A DNA stretch of 64,000 bases from NCBI RefSeq assembly GCF_009914755.1, contig NC_060929.1, one strand, 5' to 3'. Below, in pieces: positions 58,770-64,000 of this stretch. The translations under genes and the position numbers were made by a program. The stretch is from the human T2T-CHM13v2.0 reference genome, Homo sapiens. Numbering within the stretch: position 1 is the stretch's first letter; the number at the start of each line of letters is the position of its first letter. The notes beneath the pieces were generated by a model. It had not been told where the DNA came from and made no database searches. It saw nothing but the letters and a program-made list of their open reading frames with translations.

Positions 58770-59600
58770 GGGCGCCAAGAGTAACAAAGGGAGCCAGCGG
58801 CCTGGTTTGTTTGGATTGCCGGGCCGGCGCGGGAGCGGCCGGGCGCAGCTGACCACGGGTACAGATAGGTTAATTTCCACATGGAGCTGCAGAAACCCTA
58901 TCCGCGGGTTGCGAAGCGTGGGTCAGCCAAGGCATGTTAATCTGTTTAGCATGTGCGCCGCGCGGAGGAGCCAGACCACCGGGGCGCAGGAGGCGCGGCC
59001 GCAGCCGGCGCTCCTCTGGGGGAGTTAATAAAGAGCTTAAGGCAGGCAAGTAAGTGTATGGAGGCTGCGAGCGGCTTCTTGCGGGCGGCCCGGGGGAGGG
59101 CGAGGCCCGGCTGCCTGCGCTCGCGTTCCCAGGCCCTCGGAACCGCGCGCCCTCGAGGCCGAGCGAGCCCCGCCGCGCCGAGCCTCCCGGGCGTCCGCAG
59201 GCCTGGCGCACACCGAAGCGGGGGGCGCAGTACTGCTCTCCCGCCCCCCGGAGCCGAGCCTCTTCGCGTTCGCACCGTGAAAGGAGGGGAGCGAGGGGTT
59301 AGCCATCTCGAACATTTTTAACTAATCAAAATATTTGCTGATGAGTATTTATTTTTACAAGAACTCGGTTTGGCTGGAGACTTCCCGAGCAACAATATGG
59401 GCTGCCGTATTAGGTTTGTGACGGAGCCAAGTGTGGTTGGGGCTTATTGAATCTGCGGGCCGGAGATCGCTCGCTCCGGAGACGTTTCTCCGTTCTGGGG
59501 AAGCAGCTTTCCCAAAACCGTCCTTCTGCAGATGGCTCTTAGAACACAACCACATGTCCCCTAAAGCACGGGAAGCTTCGTGTTTTATGTTTGGGCTGAA
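58770..59600. promoter_or_regulatory. Second orphan CpG island (CGI-2) with forkhead-motif-rich flanks
   Basis: Dense CpG, very high GC in 58810-59290, no TE, no recognisable coding exon. Confidence 0.9.
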
Positions 59601-60177
59601 TGAAAAGAGGAACGCACGCTCTTTCCTGCCCAAGCCAACAAAAGAGAAAATAGCGGGAAACGTCCCTGACCTGAGAAAGGAAAGCCAAAGCTCAGAGGTT
59701 CCAGTGTAAGCACAAACAACAAAACTGGATGAGTCCAAAACACCTACCTCAACACATCGCTTCATCGTGCTAAGCTTTTTCTCTCTCTTGTCTTTCTTCC
59801 TCCCAATATCCACCCAAGAAAGACCCACTTTTAACTTTACCGTAGTAAAGATGTTGAGTCTGGTCTGAAGGTGATTAAACAACTACGTCAAGTCATTGCA
59901 AAGCCACTGGCCACTCTCTAGGAAAAGCTATGGAAGATGAAGTCGAATCAAGTTTGAAAACGGACAAGTGGGAGCTTATACTACTTGAACTATAAAGATA
60001 ACCTGAAAAATACTGGACCATAATTTTTTCAATGTTACTGACTGAGAACTAGATAAAACATATCTGAACTGGCAATAATAGTCATTAAGAAATGGACTGC
60101 TGTGGCAGGAACTCGTTATTGCTAACCTCTAACAATTCAGCAGTCCTTAGAAAGTGCCTCATAAAGAGTACTTCTCA

Positions 60178-60590
<413 letters not shown>

Positions 60591-61446
60591 TAGGAAGTTG
60601 AATCAGAGCAAGCAGAGAGTAAATTTACCTTATGAAAAGACTTCCCAAGTGCAAGATGAGACAGAACTCATTCAAATGTACACAGAAGAGAAATATCTGA
60701 AGAGCCATAGAGATCTTGAGCTAAGTATCAGTTGGCAATGCAATCTGAAGACTTTCAAAAGCAAGCGTAGTACTAGGAAATAGAAAGTAAAATGAACTGT
60801 TTGGAACCATGTGCCAACTTCTCCCTGGTTTCTATATTAGAGGTTTTTTTTTGTTCAGTCTGGGGAGCCACAACTGAAGAGATTTGGGGAATTAAAACAA
60901 TCTTTTTCTCTTACACTTCTTCACTTGCTTGGTTTATATTGCTCATGAAGTGTCTTGATCTAAATGACTTAATACAGTGTCCACCTGTCTGATTTGGGCC
61001 CATACGCTCCTCCAACTCAAAACTAAGGTGTGAAAGAAGCTTATGGGTCCTTTTGATCAAAGAGGCACATGGCCCTAAATTTAAAACAGAAAAGGAAAGA
61101 TAGCACTAGTACAAACGGCCTTCAGTTTACATTATTTTGAAACTGATTGGCAGAAATGAGGGGAATAAGGAAAGTAAAAATTTCAGCAAACCAGAAAAAA
61201 AAAATCACAGCTGAGGAACTTAAATTCTTTGGAATCAAAGAAGAGAATGGGTTTCAATAATTCCAACCTAAATTTCCTTTATTTAGTGACCCAGCCAAAA
61301 GAGGACACTTTACTCCTACCAGTCAGTAGAGAGACAACAATAAAGAGCCTGGAGCCCAGTAAACCAATGAGATTGCCTCCCTGGAAGGTGGCATATTCCC
61401 ATGCGGAGGCTGAGGTTTCTGATGCTCCCCTCACCTCATATGAGAG

Positions 61447-61846
61447 TGTCTTTGTCAGCTTAAGCAGCTATAACAAAATACCATAGACTGGATGGCTTAA
61501 ACAATAGACTGGATGGCTTAACCAACAGACATTTATTTCTCACAGCTCTGAAAATTGGGAGGTCCAACATCCAGGTGCTGACAAATTTGGCTCCTGGTGA
61601 GGGCTCTAGTCTCCTTGCTTGCTGACAGCCACCTGCTTGCTGTGTCTTCATAATGCAGGGAGAGGGAGCTCTAATCTCTTCCTCTTCTTGTAAGGATACT
61701 AATCCTATCATGGGGGGCCCACTGTCATGACCTCATCTAAACCTAATTACTTCCCAAAGGCCCCACTTCCAAATATCATGACATTGGAGGTTAGGACTTC
61801 AATACATGAGTTTGGAGTTGGGGGCACAAACGTTCAGTCTGTAACA
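61447..61846 (-). mobile_element. MLT1A-like MaLR solo LTR with internal 21-bp tandem duplication
   Basis: TSD gagag at 61442-61446 and 61847-61851; atagactggatggcttaa(a/c)ca twice at 61483-61524. Confidence 0.9.
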
Positions 61847-62184
61847 GAGAGGCACTGCTGTGTCAGTGCAGTGCAGCTGGTGGATGGAACACGGGATGGC
61901 AATTTCCACCCCACCTTCAAGGCCCAGACCAGACCAAGGCCCTGCAAAGAGACCACCTACTCTTTGAAGCTTTCTCTGTCTTCCTTTTTACAGTCCCTTA
62001 TTCCCCTTAAAAAAAAATTTTAGAGCACTTACTTTGACCATCTTTGTTTAGTAGCATAAGTTACTTTTAAATAATGTATATATGGATTTACATATATACA
62101 ATTTATATAATATATACATGGATTAATATATATTCCATGGCCTTGACTAGAATGTCATATCAGTAACAGTGATAATGTGATGAT

Positions 62185-62430
62185 GATCATGATAATGACA
62201 GCAGCTAACACTGATTTAGCCTGTATCATCTGCCAGTGCTTTGCATGCATTATATTGCATACTTTTCACGATAAACCTATGAGGTAGATATTATTATTGC
62301 CCATTTTACAAATGAGAACACTGTGGCTTAGGGAAGTTAAATAGTTTATCCACCAGGTTATTATGTGGCAGGGGTGGTCTCCAATCATTGGCATATGTAT
62401 TCCCAAGCCTGTGATCTTAACCATGCACCA
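62185..62430 (-). mobile_element. MIR SINE
   Basis: cctatgaggtagatattattattgcccattttacaaatgagaacactgtggcttagggaagttaa. Confidence 0.85.
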
Positions 62431-63170
62431 TACGTAGGCCCCTCTTCATGCATACAGTGTCCCCCAGTGTCTATGAGGGATGACTCTAAATGTTAATTTC
62501 CATGCCCCTGGGACCACAGTTCTCTTAACAGAAGAATAAGATTTTGAGTATCAACACTTTCCTTACTGGGTAGAATTATATTTCCATTCTCAACAATGAA
62601 TTAATTATTGCCTCCCTGTTTCTTTTAAACTAAGGCCTCTTTCCATCACCTGTGACTGGATTCTGTTGTGTGCCTTCCCTGAGCCTGTGTCATTTCATTT
62701 GCTACAATGGGAGTGATTGATGGTTCTAATTCTTATTTATTTAATTTTTTAATATATTAGGCACCAGACTGGGAAAATTTACTCACCCCATTTGTCATTC
62801 TAAAAAATCTAAGACTAATGAGATATAGAAAAAAAAAAAACTTAAATGGAACAGAGTTTCCCAGGGTCCCCAGTAGGTAGGTGGAGTCATGGCAAGAAAT
62901 GAACCCAGGGCTTACTGAAGAACTCCAGTGGAAGACAGTGCAGAAACCCGGGTAAAAGGCCAAATGGGCCAGAGTCAGCCTCCTACTATGACAATCTTTG
63001 GTGTAAGGAAGTAGATATCCTTCATTCAGAACAAAGAGAACAGGACAGGGATTTGGTTAGCTCATGGGTCTTATGCTTATAAAAATGGAACTGGCAATAG
63101 TGGTTCCTCTCTTCTAATTAAATATGCTGCCAAGTTGAGGGACAAATTTGAATTTGGTCAAGTACCTTGA

Positions 63171-63508
<338 letters not shown>

Positions 63509-64000
63509 AGAAAACCTCTTTTCTAAAATGACATTGCCTCACTCACTTGCCAGAAAGTGTTTCTTCCCAAATAATGTCACTGATGAACTGAAGAACTTTC
63601 AAAGTATGATGGATCCATGTCATTTAGGTAAGCCATTTGTCTGGGGTGCCAAAACAGAATCAATTCCCCACAATTCCTTAAACAACAGGTATCCTTATAT
63701 GGGCCAGATTTGCCTGAAAAGAACAGAATGACATTGCCCAGTGAATCCCCCAGGCTTCACATTCCAAAAGTGTCCCATTAAATGAATCCAAGCAGTTGCT
63801 TCTGAAATCATAAATTCCAAAAGACAATGAAAGTTGCAATCACAAGGGGTAACAGAAGCCAAACACATTAGGAACATGTTCCTTGTGCAAATAGCATAAT
63901 CCCGGACACGCGGGAACACATGGTTTGCCTCAGACATGTTTCATTTTGTCATCGCATTGAGTGTACAGTATTTCTCTTTGGGTGCAAGAGTGATTGATTT

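Noticed and set aside
58490-59882. ORFs of 109-175 aa over CGI-2
   Set aside because: Same GC artefact; no forkhead, homeobox or other domain is visible

Overview
Primate, almost certainly human, non-coding DNA: dense Alu/L1/L2/MIR/LTR/DNA-transposon fossils, no intact protein-coding gene, rRNA, tRNA or CRISPR. The main landmarks are two orphan CpG islands (~19.45-22.06 kb and ~58.77-59.60 kb), a frameshifted processed HMGN2 pseudogene (49380-50574) and a decayed ERV-L pol/integrase/dUTPase plus 3' LTR (34.9-37.3 kb). From memory, not verified, island 1 and the ~39.3 kb island spacing match the gene desert on chr5q13.2 downstream of FOXD1. Most ORFs in the track are Alu/L1/LTR read-throughs or GC-rich chance ORFs. 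I found no convincing new multi-gene system. The notable items are local rearrangements (three retro-insertions stacked on one target site, a fold-back carrying an inverted copy of a nearby LTR segment, a 149-bp dispersed direct repeat) and candidate regulatory or micro-ORF signals in the islands. Repeat subfamily names come from remembered consensus sequences and need RepeatMasker/Dfam confirmation.
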